Positions 39,732-55,020 of a stretch of DNA of 64,000 nt are shown here, piece by piece. The position numbers were made by a program, and so were the translations under genes. Every line of letters starts with the position of its first letter. Positions within the stretch are counted from its first letter, which is position 1. The notes beneath the pieces were generated by a model. It saw nothing but the letters and a program-made list of their open reading frames with translations. It was not told the origin of the DNA and did no database searches. Source of the stretch: Eledone cirrhosa (Eukaryota); the NCBI GenBank assembly GCA_964016885.1, contig OZ024742.1, positions 80,972,001 to 81,036,000 of the forward strand, read 5' to 3'.

Positions 39732-40417
39732 TCTTTTTGTTTCCTGTTTGAGGTTCTGTACACTTTCAGAAAGTTGCCATCGCTTCATGTGGTCTTAACC
39801 TTTCTGTTTCCCTTCTCATATTCTGCTGAATGTCACAATGTTTACTTGTCCCATTATTCCCACATCTATTTTCATATTGTTCGTGAGTTTCTCTTTCGTT
39901 GGAAAATTTCAGCCGTTTGGCGAACATTGTACAAGGATAGATGAACGGTGTTTTGCTGACATGATGAAATTAATTTTCTTGGAAAATATCGTGAAAAAAA
40001 CAACACGATACAGAGCAATATAAAAAATAACAGAAATGAATGGGAATAGCAGCCCTAGAGAATATGTTACCACTCTGTCATGTGAATTAGGTCAATAATA
40101 ACATGACACTATCCCGAAAAAAATAATTTCATATACATCGTAGATTAATTTCAAATAGTATCAAATCTACTTTTTCACCCTGCTGTAAAAATCAACTGAA
40201 AATTCAATTTCAAGTGAATTTGACTTCCGTCAATCTTACAAAGAAGAATTTCAACGATACACTGTGAACCTACAATTGATCCATTATTTATGCTCAATTA
40301 CACTCCTTGAGGTTCGAAGGCTTTTGCACCTGTGATGCGCGGGAAGTAACTTTCAAACATTTTAACAACAGACCAAGGTTCGACTTACACCCGGGCAACG
40401 CCGGGTACTTCTGCTAG
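39732..40417 (+). mobile_element. Non-autonomous Helitron
   Basis: 3' hairpin ACCCGGGCAACGCCGGGT followed by CTAG (40414-40417). The candidate 5' TC at 39732 is less certain. Confidence 0.65.
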
Positions 40418-40440
40418 TATATATATATATATATATATAA

Positions 40441-40615
<175 letters not shown>

Positions 40616-40675
40616 AGTATATATATAGATAGATTAATATACACGGGTGTGTATGATTGTGTATAGAAGTTTATA

Positions 40676-43600
40676 TTAATAAAAGGAATTCCAACTTTGT
40701 CTGACTTGCTCGTTTTATTTACAATCCTTTAACATTTATAATGGTATTAGAATGAAATAGTATGGTAGAATATTAAATGTCAAGTGTTAATTGAACAAGT
40801 ACTTTCATGCTTTCGCAGTCTTCAGCTTCACATTGTGTGGTGACAGTCAAGTTTTCAATTTTCATCTGTAATGAGATGGGTAAATTTCTTGCCTTATATA
40901 CAGTGAAAAGTGGCTCCAGAATGCTAAATCTGGCAAACTGTATTTCGACCAATCAGTGTGATGTTTCACTGAATTACTAAAGCTGATTGTTTTAGGCGTC
41001 ACGGTTGGTTGAACATGTCTAACGTCTACTAATTGATCCTATTCAAACCATCAATTGTTTTGCTATTTTTAGAAATGTTGAAAATGGCATTTTTTTTGTA
41101 ATCATCACCATCTACATCACTTTTATTATTATTATTATTGTTGTTGATGTTAGTGGTGATAGTCGACATGGTCGTAGTCATAGTCATAGTAGGAGTAAAT
41201 TCCATTATTATTGTTCATTTAGCTTGGGTTTGAAGATTTTGCTCTTGATTTAACTTGGGCTGTGTAATTTGTAGAATGTGAATATTATAAATATTCCCTG
41301 AACACATGTTGCTAGATGGTTACTTAGGGGTATCTGACGGACATTTGGGTATCTGATTTGCTGTAGGCGTACCCGTGCACGTTCCGATAGTGCATTTCCA
41401 GTTTGAGCGACATATAGTTCTTCACAATTCGGGCATTGAATGCAGTGAATTAGATTTCTGCTTTTGTAGTTCATATTTGCATTTGGGAATATTTTTTCAG
41501 TTATTGTTTTCATATATTGACCGGCGTGTATGGATTGACATGTGCCACATCGACTATCATTGGGTTTAGATACAGTGAATGATTGGTCTTTGTTGTTAAG
41601 GTCAAACTTTGCTTTTGTTAGTAATTGCTTCAAATTTTTCGGCTCTATTTTACTAAGAGTCAAAGATCGATCTGTGATTAAGCCTTTTAATTCATTACTT
41701 TGAGCAATGATCGGTTGGTTTGCTTTCGCAGTGTTGAAGATATTTTGGTGACATGGGCTGTGTGTCATTATAAATGGTATGACCTGTTCTTGGTTTCTTC
41801 TTCCTTGGGCTGTCCTAAGTTGTTGTATAGGTATTTTTATAGCTCGCTGTATGCCATTTTCCATAAGTAGAGATGGGTATTTTTGTCTGAGCAAAAATTC
41901 CATTAGTTCTGTTAGGCCTTTGTATCTGGTATTCGTATCTTCCACAATGGTACAAATTCTTCTGGCTAGGAAGTATGGGATGTTGCGTTTTGTATGAGGT
42001 GGATGGTACGAGTTAAAATTCAGATATTGATGAGTGTCTGTGTGTTTATAATATATATCCGTGGTAATGGTGCTGTGGTTTTTGATTATCATTATATCTA
42101 AGAATGGTAATTTGGTCCTACTCATCTCTTTTGTGAATTGGAGAGATGGGTGTAGGTTATTCAGGAGGATATTGAACTCATCCAGAGTATCTAGAGATTC
42201 TGTCCAGATGATGAAACAGTCGTCAAGGTATCTCTTACACTATTTTTCAATGTACTTTCTAAAGTCTATACTATAATTTTCCTCTATTTCTTGGTAGAGT
42301 TGTTGTTCTAAGTATCCCATTACGGAGTTCGCGTAAACGGGTGCAAACTTCTTTCCCATCGCTGTGCCTCTAATGTGTATGTAATTCCTTCCATTAAAGA
42401 AGAAAGTGTTGTTTTCCAGAATAAGTTTGTGTCTAATATAAATGGCGCTGTGAATCTGATGGGAATCACTACTCTATGTTTTTCCACCCAGTATTTAACC
42501 GCCTTTATTCCTAAATCATGTGTAATGTTGGTGTAAAGGCTTACCACATCAAAACTAAGTAGAAGTGAATTCGTTTCCGTGGTTTTGGGAAGAAGGGACA
42601 GGAAGTCGATATCATCCCGGATGAAACTGGGTATGTGAATAGATAGTGGTTTCAAAATAATGTCAACAACACTGCTTAGACGGTTGGTGGGGCATGTTTA
42701 ACCATCTATAATAGGTCTAAGTTTTAAGTCTTTCGGGTGTAGTAATTTATGTAAACACTGTTTTTGTATTTCTTTTGACTTATGAACTTTCGGTAGGCCA
42801 TAAAAGGTTGCTGGGTTTTGCTCAAAATTGTGATGTAGACTCTTTCCATATCAGTAAGTGATTTGTGGTATTTTGAAGCAGGTTGTTGATCTTCTTCATG
42901 ATGTTGTTGTCTATATGTGACGGTATTTCATGATAGAATGTTGTGTCTTTCAGTTGTTCCTCAACCAAATCCTTGTAGTATTCAGCATCCATTATAACAA
43001 CTGCACCTCCTTTATATGCTTGTTTAATTATTATTGTTTTATCATTTTGTATACGTTTAAGTGCAGATATTTCTGATTTGTTAATGTTTGGCCTAACATT
43101 AGTATTATGTCTAAGAGGGAACTTAGACAGGATGTCAATGTATTGGTCGAGATATATATTTCTTCCTTCTGGCGGAGTGAAATTTGATTTATTCTTTACT
43201 AGTGATTCATCACTCTCAGTACTTTTATCAGCGAAGAATTCTACAAGACGTAATTTACGACAGAATTCTTGGGTATCCTCCTTCAGTTCTTGGTGGTTGA
43301 CTGTTGGAGTCGGTGTGAATTTCAGTCCTTCAGTCTCTTTTGGATAAATTAATTATTTTAGGATCTACGTGTACAGATGTTTTGGGTATGTTTCCTCCTG
43401 GAGTTTTTCTTTTTCCGGTTTTTGTTGTCCTGACGTTAAAAAATGGATTTTTCCCTGTTCAGGATTTATATTCCTGTTGGTGTTTGCTTGATGAACTTTT
43501 GGTCGTGTTATTATATTTGGTTTAGTTATGTATTTCGTCCTAATTTTGGTATTATGTATATTATTTTTCCATTTCTTGTTAGCATTATTTTTAACAATCT

Positions 43601-43945
43601 GGGGAAATGACCTAGGTTTGCTTTCAGGTTTAGATCGTTTTTTCGCCCAGTTCCTTGTGGGTAATCTCTGTTGAGATATTGAGAGTGATCTGGTTATTCT
43701 ACGTTTTGTTTCCCTGTTCCTTGTGGGTAGTCTCTGTTGAGATCTTGAGAATGATCTCCTGGTTTTACTACTTCTGATGGTCTGGTCAAAGCAATATCTA
43801 TCGTGTTTAGGCGTTTTGTTCATGTTGTGTGCGATAGGGTGTTTTTGTAGAAAAAGCGAAGAGTTATTACCGTAGTTCTTCATTTATTAAAGGTAAGGTG
43901 AGTGTTTGTGTTGGCACGTGTTCTGGCGTATGTTGTGTTGAGAAA
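40676..43945 (-). mobile_element. Penelope-like element, Neptune-type (decayed RT + GIY-YIG)
   Basis: LLSFDVVSLYTNI, GTAMG, RYLDD, LPFLDIMI...TTDIYYK.TD..QYLNF.S.HP.HTKRNIP, RCGTC...CIQCPNCEELYVAQT. ~570-bp 3' UTR with hammerhead. Confidence 0.9.
40792..40830 (-). ncRNA. Minimal type I hammerhead motif (Neptune-type tail)
   Basis: TGAAG-CTGAAGA-CTGC-GAAA-GCAT-GAAA-GTAC-TT-GTTCA. Comparing the copies suggests an ancestral stem I TGAAC/GTTCA. Confidence 0.62.
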
Positions 43946-44053
43946 ACAAATCAAGAATGGTATGGCAGCAGAAACAATTATTTCTCGACGAATATGCTGC
44001 AAATTACGGTAAAGCCTCTGGAACCCTGCGAAAAAGCATTAAAAGTGAACAAT

Positions 44054-45189
44054 CTCAACAACACAACATACGCCAGAACACGTGCCAACACAAACACTCA
44101 CCTTACATAGAGAAGTGATTCCCATCAGATTCACAGCGCCATTTATATTATACGCAGTAAAACTTATTCTGGAAAACAACACTTTCTTCTTCAATGGAAA
44201 GACTTCATCCAAATTCGAGGCACAGCGATGGGAACGAAGTTTGCTCCGGTTTACGCGAACTCTGTAATGTGATACTTAGAACAACAACTCTACCAAGAAA
44301 TAGAGGTAAAATTTGTACTGACTTTAGAAAGTACATTGAAAAATCTTGTAAGCGATACCTTGACGACTGTTTCATCATCTGGACAGAATCTCTAGATACT
44401 CTGTATGATTTCAATATCCTCCTGAATAGACTACACCCATCTCTCCAATTCACAAAAGAGATGAGTAGGACCAAATTACCATTCCTAGATATAATCAGAG
44501 ACCCAAATGTCCGTCAGATACCCGTAAATAGCCATCCATCAACATGAGGTCAGGGAATATTTAGAATATTCCCATTCTACAAATTACACAGCTCAAGTGT
44601 AATCAGAGAAAAATCAAACAAAATAATTTTATTGATAAATTCACACCCAAGCTAAATGAACAATAATAATGGAGTTTACTCCTACTATGACTATGACTAG
44701 GACCATGTCGACTATGATCACTAACAAGAACAACAACAATAATAATAAAAGTGATGTTGATGGTGATGATAACTAGAAAATGCTATTTTCATTATTTCTA
44801 AAAATAGCAAAACAATTGATGCTTTGAATAGGATCAATTAGTAGTCATTAGACAAGCTCAACCAACCGTGACGCCTAAACCAATCAGCTTTAGTAATTCA
44901 GTGAAACTACACACCGATTGGTCGAAATACTGTTTGCAAGATTTAGCATTCTGGAGCCACTTGTCACTGTATATAAGGCACAACATTTACCCATCTCATT
45001 ACAGTTGAAAATTGTAAACTTGATGTCACCACACATTATGACCCTGAAGATTGCGAAAGCATGAAATTACTTGTTCAATTAACACTTAATAGTTAATATT
45101 CTACCATACTATTTCATTCTAATACCGTTATAAATGTTAAAGGATTGTAAATAAAACGGGTAAATCAGACAAAGTTGGAATTCCTTTTA

Positions 45190-45195
<6 letters not shown>
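44054..45195 (+). mobile_element. Inverted, internally deleted partial copy of the adjacent Neptune-type PLE
   Basis: 44054-44105 is the reverse complement of 43895-43944, 44105-44495 of ~42090-42475, and 44495-45195 of ~40676-41355. Ends in (TA)n. Confidence 0.9.
45039..45077 (+). ncRNA. Minimal type I hammerhead motif (Neptune-type tail)
   Basis: TGACC-CTGAAGA-TTGC-GAAA-GCAT-GAAA-TTAC-TT-GTTCA. Confidence 0.58.
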
Positions 45196-45238
<43 letters not shown>

Positions 45239-45244
<6 letters not shown>

Positions 45245-45592
45245 AAAAAGGGATGAAATCGAAAATGCAGCTGAAGTCTTCTTTTTTAAAAAAATATATA
45301 TATTTATTTGGTTCCTTTACCGTTTTCGCAGTTCTTCTGCTTTTCAAAAGGTGAGTTGAGATGGAGGGTCTGTGGTTTTTCTCACAGTTGTGAGAAAAAC
45401 CACAGACCCTCCAGCTCAACTCACCTTTTGAAAAGCAGAAGAACTGCGAAAACGGTAAAGGAACCAAATAAATATATATATTTAAAAAAAAAATAAGACT
45501 TCAGCTACATTTTCGATTTCATCCCTTTTTCTTTATACTTCCACTCGTGTAGGACACCTCGGTTATTTTTCATTTTGTAAAAAAAACCTCAC

Positions 45593-45597
<5 letters not shown>
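45239..45597. mobile_element. ~300-bp near-perfect palindrome plus 60-bp extension in (TA)n
   Basis: Arms 45239-45387 / 45388-45537 with few mismatches and no spacer. (TA)n on both sides. Confidence 0.9.
45424..45461 (+). ncRNA. Hammerhead motif with U3-A8 core variant (mirror copy on minus strand 45314-45351)
   Basis: CCTT-TTGAAAA-GCAG-AAGAA-CTGC-GAAA-ACGG-TA-AAGG. Confidence 0.6.
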
Positions 45598-45654
<57 letters not shown>

Positions 45655-45657
45655 TTA

Positions 45658-48019
<2,362 letters not shown>

Positions 48020-48020
48020 T

Positions 48021-48434
48021 TAATATATAAGAAAAAAAGATGGTTAAAGGAGTTCCATGTATTTTATTATGCGCATTTCAAAAACAAACATCATCATGCA
48101 ATAATATTTGTGTTTTCATCAGATAAAACAGCAGGACATGATATGAAGGCTAAAAACACTTGTGGATAATGCATTTTTAAATGAACATATAACTGCACTA
48201 TCCACAAGTGTTTTTTAGCCTTCATATCATGTCCTTCTATTTTATCTGATGAAAACACAAATATTATTGCATGATGATGTTTGTTTTTGAAATGCGCATA
48301 ATAAAATACATGGAACTCCTTTAACCATCTTTTGTTCTTATATATTATGTATACTCCAGTCCTACAAACTGTAGAGTGCTTCTTATCCGATATCTGCATT
48401 GCTTTATTGTACTACAATAAAACTCACCTCCTAC
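48021..48434. mobile_element. Fold-back insert of Naiad-type PLE tails in (TA)n
   Basis: ~150-bp inverted arms 48021-48172 / 48194-48347 and an ~87-bp extension ending TCACCTCCTAC. The same tail ends the PLE at 53499. Confidence 0.9.
48238..48308 (+). ncRNA. Type I hammerhead ribozyme motif (mirror copy on minus strand ~48060-48129)
   Basis: TATTTTAT-CTGATGA(48246-48252)-AAACA/TGTTT-GAAA(48289-48292)-TGCGCA(palindrome)-TA-ATAAAATA. Confidence 0.85.
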
Positions 48435-48524
48435 ATATATATATACTTATATATATATATATATATAAGTATATATATATATATATATATATATTGCAAA
48501 ACTAGATGTCTGATTTTGAGTTTG

Positions 48525-48599
48525 TCTCCTGATGAATCCTAACTCAGGACATTCCTATTATTTGGATGTCTAAAAATAAGGATGAAACCGTGGTAGAGA
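48525..48599 (+). ncRNA. Type I hammerhead ribozyme motif
   Basis: TCTC-CTGATGA-ATCCT/AGGAT-GAAA-CCGTGG-TA-GAGA. Confidence 0.88.
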
Positions 48600-49182
48600 T
48601 ATAATTACGGTATGTACGCATTTCTTCTAAGTTTAATTTTACACCTAATTGTGTATGGTTGATGATATATTTAGTCAATTTCTACATGCTGTCGAAATGT
48701 TGGATACATTCTCGATTGGGGCCACCGCGAAGAGGCTACGTTCGGTTATTTGTCGTAGATTTCTCCATAAGAGCCTTTCTTCTTATAGCTAGATCTAATT
48801 GATTTTGTATATGGTTAATTATGCTAATTAGAAGAAGAAATAGTATATATTTTATCTGATGATTCTAAAGACATGATTTATGATATATTGCTCTGATTTT
48901 TTAATTTATTAATTCTTCATAGAGCTTAAAAGTGACCAGTTGCAACATGTATATATCTATAACTTTATGTATATCTTAACCTTTATATTTAATAATCTCC
49001 CGATAGGTAGAGATTAAATTTGGCGATTTTTGGCTGCGCTTTCTAGCAGCAAGCCTACCCGCCGTAAGCAACCAATCACATTCTTTCTGGCTAGACCACA
49101 GCCACATAGCGATTCTTAGCCATTTTTTAATCTATTTATGGCGGGATCAGATTGAAAAACTAGATGTCTGATTTTGAGTTTG

Positions 49183-49257
49183 TCTCCTGATGAATCCTAA
49201 CTCAGGACATTCCTATTATTTGGATGTCTAAAAATAAGGATGAAACCATGGTAGAGA
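49183..49257 (+). ncRNA. Type I hammerhead ribozyme motif
   Basis: TCTC-CTGATGA-ATCCT/AGGAT-GAAA-CCATGG(palindrome)-TA-GAGA. Confidence 0.88.
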
Positions 49258-49544
49258 TATAATTACGGTATGTACGCATTTCTTCTAAGTTTAATTTTAC
49301 ACCTAATTGTGTATGGTCATGATATATTTAGTCAATTTCTACATGCTGTCGAAATGTTGGATAAATTCTCGATTGGGCCCACCGCGAAGAGGCTACGTTC
49401 CGTTATTTGTCAGAGATTTCACCATAAGAGCCTTTCTTCTTATAGCTTGATCTAATTGATTTTTTATATGGTTAATTATGCTAATTAGAAGAATAAATAG
49501 TATATATTTCATCTGATGATTCTAAAGACATGATTTATGATATA

Positions 49545-52500
49545 TATGAATTAGTTTAGCGAGGTTTTTTATATGAAATCGTGTGTCGAAACAAATATTG
49601 TTATACTTGGGGAGGGTCATATTTGTGTAATATTGCCAGAATTAATAACAGAACACACTCACTGTTTGGTTGGTTTTCGTTTCTCGCTTCTGTATCTTTT
49701 ATATCGGTAATCTAATATACTCGGTCCTCAATGTTGCCATTGACTGACCGGCGGTCAAAAATAATACAGATACAATATAGACACAAACACATATATATAG
49801 TTTATCATAAATCGTCAGTGGTGCTATATTTTCCTCCTGTTGTATTGTATGTCTACGCCATTTTTATTCAGTCTGTCTATATATTTATTTATTTATTTGC
49901 TTGTTTGTTTATTTTATTTTGTCTTCTTTGCGCATGCGTTTGCGTGTGTGTATAGTGTTTTGTTTGCTGTGTCATGGGTGACTAGTGTGTGTGTTATGTG
50001 CTTGTTGTTATTGTGCTTGTGTATGTATTTATTTATTTATTTATTTATTTATTTATTTTATTTTATTTACTTATTTATACTTCTCTTAGGTCAGTGTTGT
50101 TTGTTTGGGTGTTGTTGTTATTCCATTCATTCTTTCTGTTTAGCCTTGCTCATTTAATTTCTATTTAACTGGCCTCTTTGATTTGCCTATTTGCTGAGTC
50201 ATTTCTATGTTTAGATATTATTTTTATTTCTATGTTGTCTATGTTACCGTCATGTTGTTGTCTAGCATGTTCGTATAGTACTGACCCGTTTTTTCGTCCT
50301 TTTAGTTCCCCCCAGTGTTGGTCTCTCCTTTCACCTATGCTACGAGCTGGCTCACCTATGTATGTTGTTGTCATGTTTCTGCAAGTAACCTCTATACAAC
50401 TTATGCTATAGACTACGTTTCTAGTTTTACAGTTTATCCGGGGGTTCACCTTACATATGATACATTTCCTATTGGTACAGTGGGTTTTCTTAAAAGGGTA
50501 GGTTTTTCTGATAAGGGATTTTATGGTGGTTCCTGGCTTTTCTACAACCTTTATTTTTAAGTGGGTCTTTCTCAGGGCCTTTCTACACTGGTTAGCTAAT
50601 TTCCCTCCAGGGGTAGCGTCCACAAACATGACACTCTGGTATCTCTGGTTGTCGTACCATGAGGTGGCTTTCCCTATCTTATGTCTAGCCCTATCTAAGC
50701 TATTCCATGATTTGCTCCTGTATAATGGGCAAATTCCTTTCATATCCAGTTCTATGAGGGTCTTATACTTCTCCATGGCTCGTTCGTATACTCTGATTCT
50801 GTCTCTTTGGTTGTAGCCAGAGAACTGCATGCGGTAGATTACGTGTTGGATGTGTCTTTCCATTTCTGTTGGGTCGCACATGCGGGACACATTCTTCATC
50901 ACTCGTACCAAATCTGCGATCAGAATATTAAACTTAGCACTACTGGACATTGCTGAGTTTTTGAGTATCAGGTATTTGGAGGCCATGGGTTTAGTATAGT
51001 TTGAGTGGAGAATTTGGGCTCTCTCGTCTATAGTGTTAATCCAGAGTTCTGTGTCTAATACAGGTAGTCTATTGTTAGGGTGTTTGGAAGGAAAGTCGAT
51101 AGTTACAGTTATACACTGGCGTATGGAATTATCTATCTGCTGGATGCTTTCCATCGTGCTACGTTCTAAATCAAACTTGTTAGTGCTCTCTAGTGGGGGT
51201 GTTCTTATAACTATATTGATATCGTCTACATAACGAGAGTACATGATGAGGTCTATGGAGCTCTCATTAAGGAGATCTTTAAGTCTCCTTTCCCACCATA
51301 CCACGAAAAAGTTGGCAACATCACCAGCTATGCTGACGCCGATGGCTGCTCCCTAATTTTGAGTGTAGATCTTCTCGTTGAACTTAAATATGTGGCCCTT
51401 TAGGATAGTTTTGATACTAGCCCCTATTGCATGTGCGACCAATTTTTCTTACCTGATCATTGTTTTGGGGGGTCCGTATAGCTTTGGTCCACCCAATCCA
51501 CCTTCCCATGGGAGTCTTTTTTGCCATTGAGGTTATGGTGGAGATCATGTAGTTACTAGCTATATTAGCTCCGCATACGGGTCTTGTTGGTGGTCCTGTT
51601 GTCGGGTCGTCGACTGTCTTGTGGTCTTTGCGGAGCCCATACAAGTGTCGTATGCCATTGTTAGACGCCTGGAAGTTGTTGGCAGTGCGTCTGCTTGGCT
51701 TTATGATGTCAGTCCACATCATCATGTGAGCGTTGAGGATTTTCTCTCTCCAATCGTGTGTTTGTTGTGCAATTTCGCTCGTGTTGGTGATGTGGGTTTG
51801 CATAGCCTTGATGTAGTTCGGCATGCTATCTATTGACATCCTACCAGACTTATCCGTGGGTAGACACCCTATCTCACCATCCCTTGTGCGCTGCTTGAGG
51901 CTAACCAAGCCTTCTACAGGTTTCCTCCCAAGTTGTTGGGCCTCTGGTCTGCTCTGTCTCTTAGTATACCTGTCTACTATTTGTCTAATCTTATTTCTAG
52001 CTAAGGTGAACTGTGCCTCTGTCTCGTCATCTATTTGTTGTGGTATGCAAACTATTTTATTAAAGGGTAACCTCGTAGGATAGATATTACCCATCTTATA
52101 TGTTTTGTCAGCTGGGTTGAAAAATAGTTTCTCTAAGGGGTTGTCATTATATCTATCGTCATAGTTGTGTGTGTTGCTATTATTGTTATCATGGTGGTTG
52201 TTGTTGTTTCTATCATTAACATTATTATTATTGTTATGATTGCTAGATGTATTGTTGTTTACTTCACCGTTATTGTTGTTGTTACTGTTATTTCTACCAT
52301 TGTGGTTGTTACTTTTATTATGTTTCTTGTTTTTGTTGTGTCTATCATTGATGTTGCTACATGTACTATTTCCATTATTACCACTGTGGTTATTGTTGTT
52401 GTTGTTGTTCGTATTGTTACCGTTATTACTACTGTGGTCGCTGCTGCTGAGTCTGTGGTTAATGTTTCTATTATTATTATTATTGTGGTTGTTGTTGTTC

Positions 52501-52635
52501 TGTCTATCGCTAGTATTATTATCATTATCACTATTTCTCACTTTCCTGCTATTGTTACTGTTATGACTGTTATTTCTATACACAGAGTTATTGTTTATAT
52601 TACTACTACCGTTATTATTGTTGTTGTTGTTGTAT
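49545..52635 (-). mobile_element. Penelope-like element (third clade, Nematis/Neptune-like), decayed
   Basis: TDKSG, LYGLRKDHK..PPTRPVCG, GAAIG, YSRYVDD, LPVLD, Y.KPMAS, CTNRKCIIC...CKTRNVVYSISC...YIGE..RS...H in ORFs 50165-51304 and 51417-52661. Asn-rich N-terminal part. Clade assignment is tentative. Confidence 0.88.
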
Positions 52636-52642
52636 ATATATA

Positions 52643-53229
<587 letters not shown>

Positions 53230-53276
53230 TTATATATATATATACTTATATATATATATACTTATATATATATATA

Positions 53277-53334
<58 letters not shown>

Positions 53335-53456
53335 CTAATATATATATATATATATACATATATATATACATATATATATACATACATATATATACATATA
53401 TATATATATACTTATATATATAGACTTATATATATATATATATATATATATTAGTA

Positions 53457-53498
<42 letters not shown>

Positions 53499-53501
<3 letters not shown>

Positions 53502-55020
53502 GGAGGTGATACATGATATGAAGGTTAATAAGCACTTGTGTATAGTGCAGTTTTAAATCAACATATGAAATGTAGTTTTAGAATGATGTGTGATATTGGG
53601 AAAAAATTGAGGGACGGTGGGGTGGTTGGAAAGGATGAAAAAGAGTAGGAGATGAGAGTAAAGAATAGATGGGGAGGAGTATAATAAGGAAGAACGAGAT
53701 AGGAGGAGAGATGGGTGATAGAGAGAGAGAGAGATAGCTTTTATAACTGAGAAAAATATATTGTTTTACAGAGAGGTTAAAAAACCGTTGGAAGATAATA
53801 TATAAATTAAAAGAACTTGAAAATTAACGAAGAGAACAATTTAAGAATGATGTTAAATTAAGATTTGTATATTGAAGGGTTTAATAGTATGTGCGATGAA
53901 AAGAATTCGTTAATCTGTATTCAGAATAATATTAAGTTAAGGTTTGAATATTGAAGGGTTTAATAATATGTGCGTTGGAAAGAAATTGTTGATATGTATT
54001 ATTTAAAAAAAAAAAATAGTAATGTAATTAAGGATATATTGTGAAAAGAAGTAGAAGAGTTGATGAATTAATATATGTATATAGTTTGTTTACAAATGAG
54101 CGCAGAAAGCAAAGAAGGAAATAGTGTTTAAGGAGAAAACCTTAACATCAAAATATTATGTTTATGAAGTATTTCGTAATGGTAACAATATAATGCAATA
54201 AAGGAGATTAGTTAGGGTTTAAGTTTGATTTTATGTGTTGTGATGTTTCATATGTAGAAGTTAGGCGAGCATGAAAGAGAGAAAAAATAATGAATTGAGG
54301 ATGAATAATCTAACGTCAAAAAAAATGTTTATGTTTACGAAGGATTTTTTCAAGGTTATACTATAAAGTAATAGTAAGTTTTATATTACCAGTGATAGGA
54401 TGGAAGAAGGAAGAATGGATATATTGTGGGGAGTAATAATGAGAATTGAGAAGTATCTAGGAAGAAAAGGTACAGATTAGAGGTTAGAAATTAAAAGAAA
54501 AAAGGAAAAAAGGAAAAAAGGAAGAAAGGGAAGTGATAAATAGGAGTGATATAGAATGAGTATCTAGTATTATATAATGTATAATAAATAACATTGAAAT
54601 AGGGTAGACAGATGGGTATATTTTTAAAGAAATATATATATATATATATGTGCCTTTGAGAAAAATGATTTAAAATTGGTAAAATATTAGATATTAGCTG
54701 TATACTTTATGGAATGTTCTGTGGAATTTATGCAAGCAGAGAGAAAACAAGTCAGTGCGTATATTTATTATAGAATCTGAATTAGATATAATGGTAAATT
54801 TTTCACATAAACAGAGATTACATGTTTTGTATAGAGAGGCATGCAAGTATGGAGAAGCAGAACAAACCTACCTCAAAGAGATGTTATAGTTAATATTGTT
54901 TGTCTTTGAAGGAGCATACGAGTTCTGAGAGTGCCGTGTTGGTTCTTTTAAGTTGGTATTTAAAAGACGAATGATGATTATAAAGACGAGCTTTAAAGGA
55001 GGTGGAAGTGGAGCAAAAAT
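53499..55020 (-). mobile_element. Naiad-type PLE 3' fragment (GIY-YIG C-half + long 3' UTR)
   Basis: STSTSFKARLYNHHSSFK...TALSELV and CNLCLCEKF.I...IINIRTDLFSLCLH at ~54715-55015. The terminus matches 48194-48434 but has the hammerhead segment deleted. Confidence 0.78.

Larger units (their letters stand above)
48497..49545 (+). mobile_element. Retrozyme-like element: two ~390-bp direct repeats each with a hammerhead, ~270-bp spacer
   Basis: Repeats 48497-48887 and 49155-49545 (period 658 bp), highly similar. No RT coding between them. Confidence 0.8.

Noticed and set aside
45239-45597. Classical MITE interpretation of the palindromes
   Set aside because: The arms are asymmetric, with a one-sided extension, carry hammerhead motifs and match retroelement tails rather than transposase-type TIRs. 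Not fully excluded without genome-wide copies.
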